From assembly GCA_030704615.1 (NCBI GenBank), contig CM060732.1, positions 51,522,001-51,586,000 of the forward strand: DNA of 64,000 nucleotides. The letters run 5' to 3'. Position numbers and translations under genes: made by a program. Below, piece by piece: positions 48,853 to 62,989 of this stretch (within the stretch, counting starts at the first letter, position 1; each line of letters begins with the position of its first letter). The notes beneath the pieces are model-generated. The model was given only the letters and a program-made list of their open reading frames with translations, did not search any database and was not told the origin of the DNA. This stretch comes from Takakia lepidozioides. Lineage: Eukaryota > Plantae > Bryophyta.

Positions 48853-50155
48853 AGCGGGCGATTGACGAAGTCTCGGGGGGATATTCGGTGGGCACTTGTG
48901 ACCAACCTCCATACATTAATGGCGCAATTGGGCATTAAATGTCCTCCGCCGTTGGTTTTGAACCGGGCTGGCGACACAGGGATTCCGCGGTTGCTTCCCG
49001 GATACACCTTGGAAACTTGATGCTAAACTTGGATGAACTTCTATTCGAGGCATGTACGCACACATTTGGCGAGATCTTTTTTCTTTTGCTGGGACTTATG
49101 CCGCGTGGAGAAGGGCGTGGCTCTCCTGAGAGAGTGTCGCGCGGCTTTTACTCACCCATCCCTTCGCTATCCGAGGCGGAAACTCCAAGATAGAAGAGTT
49201 GGAAATCTCTAAGTACTCAGCCCGCGCAGAACAATCAGTCATGACCTACAGCTAGTGTATCATGGGGGTGTTTCCTATTTGTTTCCTTTTCCGCATTCAT
49301 CTTAGCTACCTTACCATTGATAATTAAGTATCAGTTTGCTTCATCAATTTATCGGTTTCCTTCACTCCTCCATTCAATCCACAGCTTCACTCAGATCTCT
49401 CTACACAGTGTGATTGTATCGTATAAGTATCAGATTATGATTTATCAGGTATCAGGCCGAAGCCATTGTGTCTCTATTCTCCTCTACAATATCCCTACAG
49501 CTTTGCATATAACAAGCATCTACTAATCCTCTTTCCTCCTTCATCGTGCTCACCGACTTCCGCTCCGTCTCACTCCGAAATCCTCCTCCCCGAATCATAA
49601 TCCCTTTTTCATTCCCCGTTTCTCCCTTTATCCTCCTATCCGCGGTTCTAACCGTTTCCCTCTCTAACCGTCGTATGTAAATTAACATGTTCCCTTCACA
49701 GGTGTTGTTCCCCACAGTCGTTCCCTGTCCTACTCTTCGTTCCCTATTATCGTGACAGCTGTGTCAAGCGGTGACTGGCGCTGTGTGGCTGTGACTGTGT
49801 GGCTGTGCCGGGCTGTGACTGGCTGTGTGGGCTGTGTCTGCTGTGACGACTGTGACCCTGTGACGGCTGTGTGGGCTGTGTGGCGGGCTGTGACGACTGT
49901 GACTGTGACCGGGCTGTGAGGCCGCTGTCTGTGACGGGCTGTGTTGGCTGTGTGGGCTGTGACTGCTGTGTCGGCTGTGGGCTATGTAACCCCCCTCTAC
50001 AGTGCGCTGGTCACCCCTAAGGTTCCTGTTTGTCTCAGTCTGTGCAAAAATTAAGGGTACCCTACAGATCCCGTATAAGTGTCTAAGTCCCCTACAGTCC
50101 TCTAACATTTACCCCTTCCTCCCTCAAAAAGCCGTGTCCTCACGGTTTACTGTTT

Positions 50156-53100
50156 CTAAGTAGCAACCCTTTGTGAGTGAGCACCTTGTTGACGTTGAGA
50201 GTTTCGTGGCGGGCTGTGTGTACGAGCCCAAGGTCTGTCTCTGGTTGACGGAGATGGTTGATCATTACCTGGATAAGTGAGGCCTTTTGGAGGCTGATAT
50301 CGAGGTAATCTTTCCGGCATAGGAGATCCCCTTTGTTTCTTCTCTTCCATCTGAATTGCATAGTCTTCTCCCATGTCAAAAGAATTCTGTGAAGAAACAG
50401 TTGTATCAGAATCCTCATCGCCTCTCAGGTGTTTTAATTTTCGAACTTTTTGTGGAATCATCTGGGGCATACAATGCTGTCCTACCATGTCTGGAAGTTT
50501 GCATTTTACAACCTGGTGTAACCGTTGAACAGCAAAATTGGTGTAGACACTGAGCTCCTTCTGTCCAGATGAGTGGGGTACCAATTACTGGTGCAGCGTG
50601 CAAGTATTTCCATGCGATATGTCCCTTATAGAAAATGTCATCAAGTCCGAATTTCTGTGTTGACAAATTGTTGCAGGCCGCTTGAAACCATGAACGAATT
50701 TGAGAATCCTTCTGTATCATAACTTTTGGGTCATATAGGTACATATGAGGTGGCACCGAAGGTAATACCAATGATCTCCACTGGAGTAACTTTGAAAGCG
50801 TGCTTGCATCTTTTGTTGCTCAATGTGGTAACGTATCAGAAAACAAGCAGCGTAGTATAGCCCGCACCCCATGACAATACTTGCTATCTCCTTGGTCTTG
50901 GTATAAATGAGTCCATGTACAACCTGGAAAGCAACCAATTCCCTCAACATGGTACCTGCCTCGTGCCAGTATTGTGCAAAGTGATGATCTTCAATATGTC
51001 GATTGTTTGGAAGAACTTTAGTCCTGGTTGCCACTGGCAGCCAAATACGCATGATTTGGTAGTAATGTGCGAATGACTGCGGAGGACTAAATTCTTTCCA
51101 AGCCAAATCCAACATGATGGGAATTTGGTTGAAGGGCATAATCATAGCCCTACTGTACTCCCTGGCAGCTGGAGTTTTAGGTGGGTTAAAAGCTGCATTG
51201 CCCCATACCTCCGGCTGTGGTGGCTGTGGTGTGGTGGTTGTAGTAACCACAGGTTCAGCTACTGGTACACTGCTGTTGTGGTGGTGGTGGTACTGGTTCC
51301 TGTACCATTGGCATCTCCTGCACCTCCTGTGAAGACTGAAAAGCCAGAGTTCTGGCTTGCAAATAAGAAGCCATTAGCTGTTCCTGAGGGATATAGACTC
51401 TTTGGTCGATGTTTGAAGTGAGGTCTTCCACTTGAGTCTGGAGTCCGTCTACATCCTCTTGTAACTCTGCTATCCTACTATAGACATTGTCTATAGTAGT
51501 TGTGGCAATGTTCTGCACCTGCAGTCTGAGCTCATTCATCTCGCTTTGGGTGAGCTTCCGTGGGCTTTTGCCCTCTACTGGCCCTTGTGCTAACCAGACC
51601 TGCATAAGGCTTATCCACCAAGCTGCTTGTGGTTCCCCTGAGAGTTTGCTCCTCTCTTAGCTTGTACAATTCCAAACTGCTGTTGTAAAGCCTCCATGCG
51701 CTTCGCCTGTGGCTCAACCAATTGCGCATAGGCAGCAAGTAGATTATTGGCTTCCTTCGAAGCCTTGTTACTGACCGCGATTTCATTTCTATTGGCCACG
51801 ATGGTTTGTTGCAACTCCACGATGTATTTCTCTTGCTCAGCTTCCATCTGCCTGTATTGCTTGAAAGTATCTTCATTGCGACAGATTGTATTCTTCATAT
51901 CGACAATGAGCTTCATGTGCTCCACATTCTCTTCTTCTGCCTTCGTACATTTTTCCGCTTGACTGTTTATTTCTTTTGTTGATTGGTCAAGCATAGTTGT
52001 AAATGTAGCGCATTGTATCGCCATCCTGTTATGCACTGTCTGCAACTCCGTATGTAGTGCATTCAGTTCTTGCAACTTGCTTTCATGCTGCACCTGCATT
52101 TGGTAGCTGTTGCTTATGTGCTTCGTGCAACTGGTCTTGCGCGAGGCCCTGCCTCAATCAATTGTTGCTTGGCCAATTGCAAAGCCATTTCTGTATTGGC
52201 CAAGTCCTGCTTCATCTTGAGAGTGACCTCTTCATCGACCTTGTTTGCACTCAGTGGCAAGTCGAGCCTCAAACTCCTTCCTGAGTTCTTCTTTCAAGGC
52301 TGTCAATTGGGTAATTGGAACATGGGTTTTGACATAAGTCCCCAACAAATTAAGTGTCCTGCCTATGGAACTCATCAGCATTGCCTGTTGAGGGTCATCA
52401 TGGTGAGGTTGCTGCTGTTCCTCCTGATCTTCAACAGTATGATGTCTCACTAACCATTCAGACCATTGTCCCACCGGATTTTCTTCCTGAACTACTTCAT
52501 TTATGACCGGTGCTACAGTGTCATGGCCTTCCGCCTGTGGTACCTCCGACACAGGTGTGTGCATTATATGTACCTCAGGATTTCTCTTGGGCAACTGTTG
52601 CACCTCTGGGATTTCTGTCTGCTTGACCAGACCAGAATATTCATAGAGAAGGTCCCCTTTCTCTATTTCTGCCACTATCTGTTCTGTAGTTGGAATATCT
52701 ATCCCTTCACTTTCCAAATCAATTATTTCGGGTTGAGCTGCATGGATAACTTGTGACCTTGTGACAAGTCGTTCAAGTGGCTGTGTTGGTTGTGATGCAG
52801 AAGTAACTTCTTCCTCCCTCTCTGAAGGTCCCTGCTTCCAGTAATAACATTCTTTTGTGCTGCTGTGCCCCTTCCTGGTCATGAGCTTGGGAAACATTAT
52901 CATGCGGAATCCGTGAAGCCAGTGGATCTGCCACTACAGTCTTTCCCCTTCTCTGCCTCTTAGTCTCGGGTTGTGCTGCTAGTCCACCCTCACTGTGTGA
53001 AGAGCCTTGCTCTTCCATTGCAGTTGTTTCTGGCTCAAAACACTCCCATTTCCTTCCTTTCTTGTGCATTAAGTATGCCAGAATTAAGGATTATTTGAGC

Positions 53101-54460
53101 AATGATTGGGCCAGACACTATGATAGGAGATTTTGCGGTAGTACCTTGTAATTTTCATCTCCTCTACCAGTGCGTTGTACATTATGTCCGCCCATTGTAC
53201 CTCTTGTCCCTTCAAGCCTTTGAGGATTTCCTCGTGAAGGATCTGCTCAAATATTGTTGGTTCTGTTTCAGGGCAATCAGAACGTTCAATACTTGGCCTA
53301 TGTCTTTTAACCCTGGGTACACAGCTTTGGTACAAGCATAACCCTGAGTTTTAAAGAAACTCCCTTCTTGGAATAAATCCCCTATTTGCAGTCTTTCCCT
53401 GTGTTCCTCCACATACACATGACCTGCTGGCAATCGAAACAATTGCTGGAGGTATAGGGGAGTAATCATTAATTCAACTCCCTTCACCGTTGTTGTTCCT
53501 GTCTTTGGCTCAAAGTTCTGCAAAAATTGTAACATGTACTGTCTATGGTGTAGTGTCCAATCCATGCTTTGCAATCCTTCCAATCTCAGCTCCTTCAGTA
53601 TCTTTATCGCCTGTGGGGTAGCCATCGTTTGTTTCTGCAGAATTGTGGTGCTCTTCACCCTGATTTCCTCCATTCCTCTCACTCTCTTCATCTTAGACTC
53701 ACAGAACTGCTTTGGCTGTAACAACTGCAGGAATGCCTGTAGTGCACAAAGCAAAAACGTATGGTTGCCGCAGAAAGCTATGGGTAATCTCTTGTAAGCC
53801 TGCGGGGCTTGCAAGCATTGTTCAAGAGAAAAGCTCTGCTCTTCGTTTCGTGTCTCTGCCATTGCGTAAGTAATATTGCGAGCGTATAGTCTGTTAGTTC
53901 CTCCATAGTTTCCAAGTTATAGCATTTATGGCCTGTCCTGTCGAGACGCCCGTTACTCAGAACGACGCCGCCTCTTGCGCTCAATTTCCCTCCATTTTCT
54001 TGATCATTTCTCTGGTTTTCTATTGGCTGTATCCGCTGTGACTGGATTTTAACTTTTATCTTCTTTAGTGGACTTTCCCTGTTGGATAGTCCACTAGGAT
54101 CACACATGCGACATGAATTCAGTTTTTCTGTACTTGCCGTTCGTTCTGTTTCCCTTTTTCCGTATTCATTAATGGGCCCGCCTTTCATCCCTTTTGACGG
54201 CCGTTCTTGTCCTCTTTCTTTTTGACACCTGTCCTTGCACTTCATTCTGCTGTGTGTCGCACCCTGACCTCCACGTGTCTATTTTTAAAGTAATTTCCGT
54301 TTCCTCTTCCGTCATCCATTTTCCTGAAGTTATTATGTGTCCACTTGTCACTGATTCTATGGATCGTGTAACTTTAGTAGGCTGTGTTGAGCTGTGACAG
54401 GCTGTGTCATACTGTGTTACGCTGTGATAGGCTGTGTTGCACTGTGGTAAGCGCTGTGAC
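50156..54460 (-). pseudogene. 3' extra coding region of copy C (~1400 codons, frameshifted)
   Basis: Consecutive ORF pieces co-linear with copies B and D; central coiled coil. Confidence 0.8.
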
Positions 54461-54589
54461 ACGCTGTGATAGGTGTGTTAGTTGGCTGTGTCACGTCGTG
54501 ACGGGCTGTGGTAGGCTGTGTCACGTCGTGATGGGCTGTGATAGGCTGTGTTGTGGGCCTGTGTCACGTTTGTTTTGCCCACCCCGGTC

Positions 54590-57500
54590 ATATATACTGG
54601 GGCCTAGCGACAAGTGTTCCATACTCCGTTCGTAACACTGGTGCAGCCCGTGACTGCTCTTGCGGTTCAACATGCAAATCATGCTGCAGGGGTTTGTCAT
54701 GGATACCACTGTACCCCTTCAACTTATTTGCATTGACTCTTCCCAGCATTTCTTTGTTAATGGTTTGTAACATGGCTGTGTTGTTATCATACATCTTTTG
54801 TATGACATAAGGTCCTTTCCATGGTGATTTAAGCTTAGAAGCTTGAATCTTTCCTTTCTTCTGCAACCATAGAACCAAATCCCCCGTCTTAAAAGTCTTT
54901 AATTTGCCTTCATCAAACTGTTCCTTTCGCTTCATCTGAATTCTGGTCATATTATCAGCTGCATCAGCACGTACTTCTTCCACATGGTATAATTCATGTT
55001 TCCTGACCTTGATGGAGTCTTGCAATTCCATTCTTTTTCCCCACTCCGTTCTCATGGTAGGTAACAGAATTCCACTGGAAGTAAGGCTTCCATACCATAA
55101 ACTAATTGGAATGGTGTATACTTAGTGGTGACTTTATATGAAGTCCTGTATGACACAAAAGCTGTCAGCAGCTTTGTATCCCAATCCGTTCTGTTTGCAT
55201 TGACTATCTTAGCCAAGATAGTACATAGTATTTTGTTGGTAGCCTCTGCCTGCCATTACCCTGTGGGTAATATGTTGTACTCTTTCTATGCACAATCATA
55301 AACTCTTTAGTCAATAACTCAATGGTCTCATTCATGAAGTGACTTCCTTGATCACTGATAAATTCTAAGGGACATCCAAATCGTGTAAGTATGTTCTCGT
55401 ACAGGAACCTTGCTGTGGACTTGGCTGTGTTGTCCCTCAAAGCTTTAGCTTCCACCCACTTTGTAGTATAATCAGTGGCTGTAATTATGTACCTGTTTCG
55501 TGTATTCTTGGATGGTGGATTAATTGGTCCAACAAAGTCTAGTCCCCATTCTGAAATGGTTCCGTAGGCATTGTAGGATGCAAGGCCATTCTTCCAGATC
55601 TCTGCAAGGTCCTAGCCTCTGACATTCATCACACTTCTGACAATACTCATGTACATCTTTGAACAAAGTAGGCCACCAGTATCCTGCGAAGTAGTATCTT
55701 TCTACTGGTAGTCTCTTCTCCAAAATGACCTCCAGCCACTCCTTTATGAACTTCCTCCAAGACTTTATTTACTTCATGGTGGTACAAGCATCGTTTTAGT
55801 ACTCCATCAGGTCCTAACTTATACATTCTGCTTCCTACCATAGTATAAGGTAAAGCTTGATAGCAATTCTCTTCCTCTGCTCCTTACCATAACTAGGTGG
55901 GCACTGACCATGAGCAAGGTAGTATCTGATTGGCCACTGCCAATCTAACCATTCATCTGCACTTCCTTGCACCTCCATTACAAATAAACTCGCATCAGGT
56001 AACTGATCGTCCACTCCTGTGGCGGCCTCTCCTGTTGTTAGTCGTGACAAATGATCTGCCACAAGATGCAAACGGCCAGGCTTGTAAATAACCTCGAACT
56101 CAAACTCATGCAAGATTATTAACCACCTCGCTATCCTTCCACTTATCAAAGGTTTGTTCACAGATATATCAGAGCCTGGTGATCCACATAAAACATAAAC
56201 TTTCTTCCCAATAGGTAATGCCTGAATTTCTTCACTGCATAGATCATTGCCAATGCTTCTCTTTCCGTTGTGCTATAGTTCCTCTCAGCACTGTTCATCA
56301 ACCGGCTAGCATAGTACACAGGTGAATCTATATTCCCTGTAACATTCTGGGCTAACACCGCTCCCAACGCTTCTCCTGATGCATGCATCGTGAACATGAA
56401 ATACTACATGCCAGTGAGGGTTAATCAGCACAGTTGTTTACTGACAGTGTAAGTTCCTCAAACGCCTGTTGACATTCAGCTGTCCATGCAAACACTGCAT
56501 CTTTCTTCAGAAGCTTGCTCAATGGTGCTGCTATTTGTGCATACCTTTTGACAAATCTTCTGTAATAACTGGTTTGCCCAAGGAATCTCCTTAAACTCTT
56601 AACATTCACTGGTGGTGGAGAGACTTTAATGGACTCTGTCTTCCTGGGATCCACAAGGAGTCCCTTCTTACACACAATGTGTCCCAGAAGCACCCCTGAG
56701 TTCACACAGAAAGTACACTTCTCTGGATTCAAGCCCAGACCTCTCATCCTGCATCTGGCCAGGCATAACTCCAATTTATGCAAGTGCTCATTCTTAGAGC
56801 TGTACACACTGAAATCATCCAAAACACCTGCATGAAATCATCCAGATACTCATGAAAAGATTCACTTATCACTCTCTGAAAGGTCGCTGGTGCATTACAA
56901 AGTCCAAAGGGCATGACTTTGTATGCATAAGCCCCCCAGTCTGTGATGAAAGCTGTTTTTCCCTTGGTCTTCTTCTGCCACTTGCACTTGATTATAACCA
57001 CTGAAGCCATCCATGAATGAGTACATCTCATGGCCTGCCACAGTGTCTAATACTGCTTCTGTGAATGGCAAAGGGAAAGGATCTTTCTTCGTACAAGCAT
57101 TCAGCTTTCTTATAGTTCACACATACTCTTAGTTTGCCATTCTTCTTGGGAACTATAACAATGGGTGACAACCAAGTTGTATACTCTATTGGGTATATAA
57201 ACTTAGCCTCAGCCAACTTCTTTATTCTCTCTCCAACCTTCTGTGCGTAGTTGGGATTCATTCTATACCTCTCGCCTGCTTGATTGGTACTGACCCTGGT
57301 TCCAGTTCAATTTTATGCTGACAGACTTCAGGTGGTATCCTTTTAGATCCTCATAGCTCCAAGCAAATACATCTCTGTATTTGATGAACAAGCTTTTTTG
57401 CTTCTTCGAAGATTCCGGCTCCAAATCAGCTCCTACTTTCACCATTCCTCGGTTCCTCCTGAGTTCCCACATTTACTTCTCTCACCTGCTCATCAGCTGT

Positions 57501-60500
57501 GATTGTCCAACCGGTCACCACTTCATCCTGTAAGCTCACAGTGGCTGGTTCTTCTAGGATTTCTATTTCTCCTTCTCTTTCTTCATAGAAATGTGATGGG
57601 GCTGGTTCCTCTTCAGTTGGTGTTGCTGTCACTACACCACAGCAGATACCTCTCAAACAACTTAGGCTTTCCAGCCGCATCTCTGCAACCTGCTCCCATT
57701 CTGGGTGTGCAGCAAATAGGGTAGCTTCCTGCTCCTCATCCAGTCCTCCCCTCCAGTCATACTCTCTGACTCCTCGAGGTCTTCTTGTAGCAGGTAATCT
57801 ACTAGATTTCTTTGTGGTAATTTGTATCTCGTGCATCCCATTATGCACAGTTAGTAACTGAGAATTCCAGTCATGGAATACCCTGGCCTGTTTCAGCCAC
57901 GGACGTCCCAATAATAAGGAGTAAGCCTCCATGACTTCATCCATTTTTAATACAGTTACTGTGATCATAAAGATCATTTTCTGTATCTGTATCTTAACTC
58001 CTCTTATTAATCCCAATGGCTGTACACTTCTTTGATCTGCCATTGTTACTGTAAATGGGGCTGGTTTCATGTTACTTAGACCAAGCTTCTTCCTTAATTG
58101 GTCTGTCATGATATTTACTCCAGAACCACCATCTATCAGTACATCAGTTAGTTCTGTGCTTCCAATTCTCAATTGGATTACTGGCATAGAATCATCAAAG
58201 TCCATGACTGGTTCTCGCCCTTCCGGCTTCACATTATAACTGGTCACCTTGCTGTTCAGGTCTGTGTTTCCTGTCTCTTGGGCAATTCGATTGATTGCTG
58301 ATACAGCCTGTGCCTACAATAAGGTGCCACAGCTAATAGCTGTCCAATGGTAATTTCTGCTTTGGTCTGACATATTACTTCAGCCAAAGTCTCTTCATTA
58401 CTTTGCATGTCTGCATCTTCTTTTTTCCTTTCTTCCTCACTCCCCTCTTTTTCTCCATCCGAATCAGAGGAATCTGCCACAGGAATATCAGTACTCTTTT
58501 GCATTTCCCTTATAGTATCTGCCACTTCCTTGTGCAGTTCCTTCTCATCTTTCAAGTCTCTTCATCTTCAGGCATATCATTGCCACTTCCAGTCTCATCT
58601 TCTTCCTCTTCTACTGGAGGTATTAGTTTGGCTTTACTTCTTGTTACTATCATTGTACTTACTTCTGGTACAACACATGGCCTAACCAGTGAGCTGCCAC
58701 CACTGGGCCCTCATTCACAGGAGCTCTCATCTCATTCTGGTGTCTTATCCAGAATGAACAGGCTGCCTTGCGATGTCCTGGCTGATTACAATAGTAACAT
58801 AGCTCTTCACCATTGGGTCCTCGCCCTGGTCTGTTCTTGGATTATTTCTATAATCCTGATTCCCGGGCTGGTAATTCCCCTTGGATTACCCTGATAGTTG
58901 CCTCTGGAATTTCCTTGGTAATTCCCTCTTGAATTACCTCTTCCATGCCATTGTTATAACCACCAGACCTACCATAGTGGTCCTGATCATTGCTTCTTCT
59001 TGGCTGGGGCTGCACCTGATGCACCCTCACTTGCCTAGGTCTCTTGCAGCTGTCCTTCTGTTGTAGTAACAATTCTCAGTAGAATGGTTATCCATTTTAC
59101 AGATAGTACAGTGTTTCTCCTTCATGTGGCATTCTGTGGTATGGCCTTCATTCTGGCACTTTGCACACCATACACCCTTCCTCCAATGTGTTGCAGCCTC
59201 TGTGGCATACTTCTTCAAGATTTCTTCCAATCTTTCTCATAGTTATCCCTCTTCAACTTTTCTTTCTCTCTTACTCTTTTTAGTTCTTGCTCTTTCTCTT
59301 CATTTCTGATCATCTTTCAGAGTCCTCATCTTCCTTTTTCTCTCTTCTGAGCATTCCCAATTGCTCAATTCTGTTTGGCAGTTTTCAAATGCCTCCTCCA
59401 CTGTATTATGGGGTAACATATCCACTTTCTTTTGCAACTCTGGTCTTAGTCCACTCACAAACCAAGTCTTCTGTAAACCGGGCTGGTACTGCAGCCAGCT
59501 TTTTCATCATCAATTCCATCTTCTCCATATACTCTTCAACAGTTTCATGCTTCTTCTGCTTCAGCTGTTGTAAACTTCCATACACTTCATCCTCAGTTTT
59601 ACTTGTCCTGAACCTATTTCGAAATGCTGTATTCAAGCCATTCCAGGTTAGGAAATGATTATCAGGGAATCTTGCACCATTCACTTGCTTTCTTGATAAG
59701 TGAACAAGGAAACAGTCTCATCTTGGCATCATCGCCATTCTCATTGTTCACTATACACATGTGCTCAAATTGGCTAATGTGTACATCGGGATCCCCTTTT
59801 CCTGAATATATTGGAAAGGGTGGTTTTGCCCGTGTTGGTTGTAACGCCATCTGTGGCCCTACCTTCTGCCCACTGACAGGTGCTGGCACCCTTGCTGGTG
59901 CTGGTCCTTCTGGACCTGTTGTTTTTGTGGTGGATCTTCCACCAAGTGGTGGCCCTTGAGCACTCCCTGCTTCTGGCCCCACGATATTCACAGTATTCCC
60001 AGCTTCAGTTGCACTACTTCCCACACTCCCTGTCCCCCCCCCAGAGCCAGATCCAGGCAGCCCGCCTGATCCCCCTGAGCCGACACCTTCGTTGGCCTGT
60101 GATCCAAGTGCTCCACTTGATCCAGGTCCAACGGGTTGGGATGTCCTGGTTGTAGTCTCAACCTCAGCTGTTGGGTCTACTTCTTCATATTCTTCCTCTT
60201 CCAATTTCTTCTCTCTGTTTCAAAGTTCTGCCCTTGGGTTCTTCACTCATGTAACTCAACTGTAATGGTGTTGGAGAGTCTGAACTCTCCGTTGGCTCTG
60301 CCATCCTCATCTCCTTCTTCATCTTCTGCTTCAGAAACTGGAGTTCCTGCTTTTGGTGTTCCATGCCAACTCTTATCAAAGATTTCTGTCAAGTCTTTTA
60401 TCCAAGGATGTACCTCAGATCTTTCACCTCGTGATTGATCTTCTTCCTGTACCAATTCCCTTAATCTTTCTTGCAAAGAAACAGAAGGAGTGGCATCCAA

Positions 60501-60670
60501 CTCTAGTTCTTCCGGTATAGGTGATGCACTTTTGATCTTGATGGTGTGAGAGGTCCAGATGATTCCCCTATGTCTATTCCTCTCTCCCAAAGATATGGAT
60601 AATTAGCTTTCAGATAGCTTTCTCTTTTTGATGAATATCTTTGTCGTCTAGCTTCTCTTTCATCACTCAT
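54590..60670 (-). pseudogene. gag-pol: gag-pol of copy C (gag, protease, RT, RNase H, integrase with GPY motif)
   Basis: All domains in Gypsy order; no chromodomain and no additional RNase H seen. Confidence 0.92.
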
Positions 60671-62469
60671 GTCCCATGTCTTTCATTTCTTTTAATGTGG
60701 CAATAACCAAAACTCTCTTCTGTAATATCTCTCGTATATGCCTGGATTTCTTTCAAGCTTCAATGCACCCTTGGCTATACTTGAAGTCTCCGTTACCATA
60801 TAACCATATGGCAAACAAGTCTGAAAAGCTGTTCTTGGTGTGAGTTTGATCCACAAAATATCCTTTGGAATCCAATTCTTTACCAGTACAAGCTCTTCAT
60901 GCATATGAGTATAAACATTCACCTTTCTTTCTTCCCAGCCTTCAAACTCTACTCGTTTAATGGATAGCAACGCTATCACATAAACTAATGTTGGTAACCA
61001 ACGTGCTCTTCCTCTACAGGCTACCTGATAAATCTTTATCACTCCTTTTCTCCAGACCCCATTCTGGATCAGCATCATGCACTCGTTTAAGAATATTTTC
61101 TTTACATCCGTCTGGCAATTCCAAGAACCTTTGAAAGAATTGTTTGGACAATCCTTCTTCGTTCCACAGGGAATTTGATTCACTTCAAATTCTTTAATGG
61201 TCCAACCACCATGATCCCACCAGATGCCTGTCACATCTGGTTGTTCATGTCCCAGGTCCCCAGTATGGTCCAAATGTCGCGCGGCTTTTACTCACCCATC
61301 CCTTCGCTATCCGAGGCGGAAACTCCAAGATAGAAGAGTTGGAAATCTCTAAGTACTCAGCCCGCGCAGAACAATCAGTCATGACCTACAGCTAGTGTAT
61401 CATGGGGGTGTTTCCTATTTGTTTCCTTTTCCGCATTCATCTTAGCTACCTTACCATTGATAATTAAGTATCAGTTTGCTTCATCAATTTATCGGTTTCC
61501 TTCACTCCTCCATTCAATCCACAGCTTCACTCAGATCTCTCTACACAGTGTGATTGTATCGTATAAGTATCAGATTATGATTTATCAGGTATCAGGCCGA
61601 AGCCATTGTGTCTCTATTCTCCTCTACAATATCCCTACAGCTTTGCATATAACAAGCATCTACTAATCCTCTTTCTCCTTCATCGTGCTCTTCCGCTCCC
61701 TACTCCGATCCTCCTCGAATAATCCCTTCTTCATTCCCCTTTCTCCCTTTATCCTCCTATCCGCGGTTCTAACCGTTTCCCTCTCTAACCGTCGTATGTG
61801 AACTAACATGTTCCCTTCACAGGTGTTGTTCCCCACAGTCGTTCCCTGTCCTACTCTTCGTTCCCTATTATCGTGACAGCTGTGTCAAGCGGTGACGGGC
61901 TGTGTCGGCTGTGTCGGCTGTGACGACTATGACGGGCTGTGTGGGCTGTGACGGCTGTGTGGGCTGTGTGGGCTGTGACGACTGTGACGGGCTGTGTGGG
62001 CTGTGTGGGCTGTGACGACTGTGACAGGCTGTGTTGGCTGTGTGGGCTGTGACTGCTGTGTCGGCTGTGTGAGCTATGTAACCCCCCTCTACAGTGCGCT
62101 GCTGTCACCCCTAAGGTTCCTGTTTGTCTCAGTCTGTGCAAAAATTAAGGGTACCCTACAGATCCCGTATAAGTGTCTAAGTCCCCTACAGTCCTCTAAC
62201 AGAGAGACCCCACATCCAGACCGCGGCGGAAGCTGAAGGCTTTGTACTACGGGCGACATCCAACCTCTCGCATGGGCCAAACTTAAGCTCCAGCAGGAGA
62301 TTCCATTGTCTTGCTCACAACCCGCGCCAACTGAAGCCGAGCACTCTTAGGCAAACCACTTCCTCTTTCGCTTTGTGTAACACGTGCGGTTTTCTTCGTT
62401 TTTTGGTTTGTTTTCGCATCTTCAGCCTGGCAGCCCTGGAAGCGCATGGTTGCGTCGCAAAAGCAGGAG

Positions 62470-62725
62470 TTGTTGAGAAGAATGATCAAGGTCAGAGTGG
62501 TTAGAAATGAGCCAGGTCGTTGCTGCATTCAGATTTGCAACAGGGTGCACACCTCGCTGTAGATAACAGGTTGCATCTCGGAATTAAGGAAATCCATGCT
62601 AAGCTGAGAAGATGGTCTGAGCAGATGAAGTGCCTTCAAAAACATTTCACCCTGTTTTCCGTCTTATGGAATTCGTGTTCATTTGTTCATCGTGTTTCAT
62701 GTTACTGGTTGAGTGAACCTTAGAT
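62470..62725 (+). pseudogene. Duplicated fragments of the PPR locus
   Basis: 62470-62630 matches 48052-48210 (PG-box region); 62630-62725 matches ~45985-46090. Confidence 0.75.
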
Positions 62726-62989
62726 AGTTTGCAATGCGATGGTGGTTTTCATTGCGATGTTGGTTCTCACGATTTTTGGGGATGACAGAGTGACGACGAG
62801 CCCGACACGCTAGTGGTATCATCGACAGCTCCAACTGCTCGAGTAGTCACTCCAAAAGCCGCTACTCATCGCATGTTTGGATCGCCCAACTTGGGGCGGG
62901 AGGGCAAACTAAAACCTTTTGTTGGTGGACGGGAGGACCTGCAGTGAGAGTACGACAGAATAGGCATTGGGGAGGTTGGTGCAGGCGGC

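Larger units (their letters stand above)
49135..62201 (-). mobile_element. Full-length Gypsy copy C (13.07 kb)
   Basis: Highly similar LTRs 61275-62201 and 49135-50107; TSD GAGAG at 49130-49134 and 62202-62206; PBS ~61259-61272; PPT ~50111-50125. Confidence 0.95.

Noticed and set aside
50156-54460. Envelope gene
   Set aside because: No clear signal peptide or transmembrane segment in the visible translations; the region is dominated by coiled coil.
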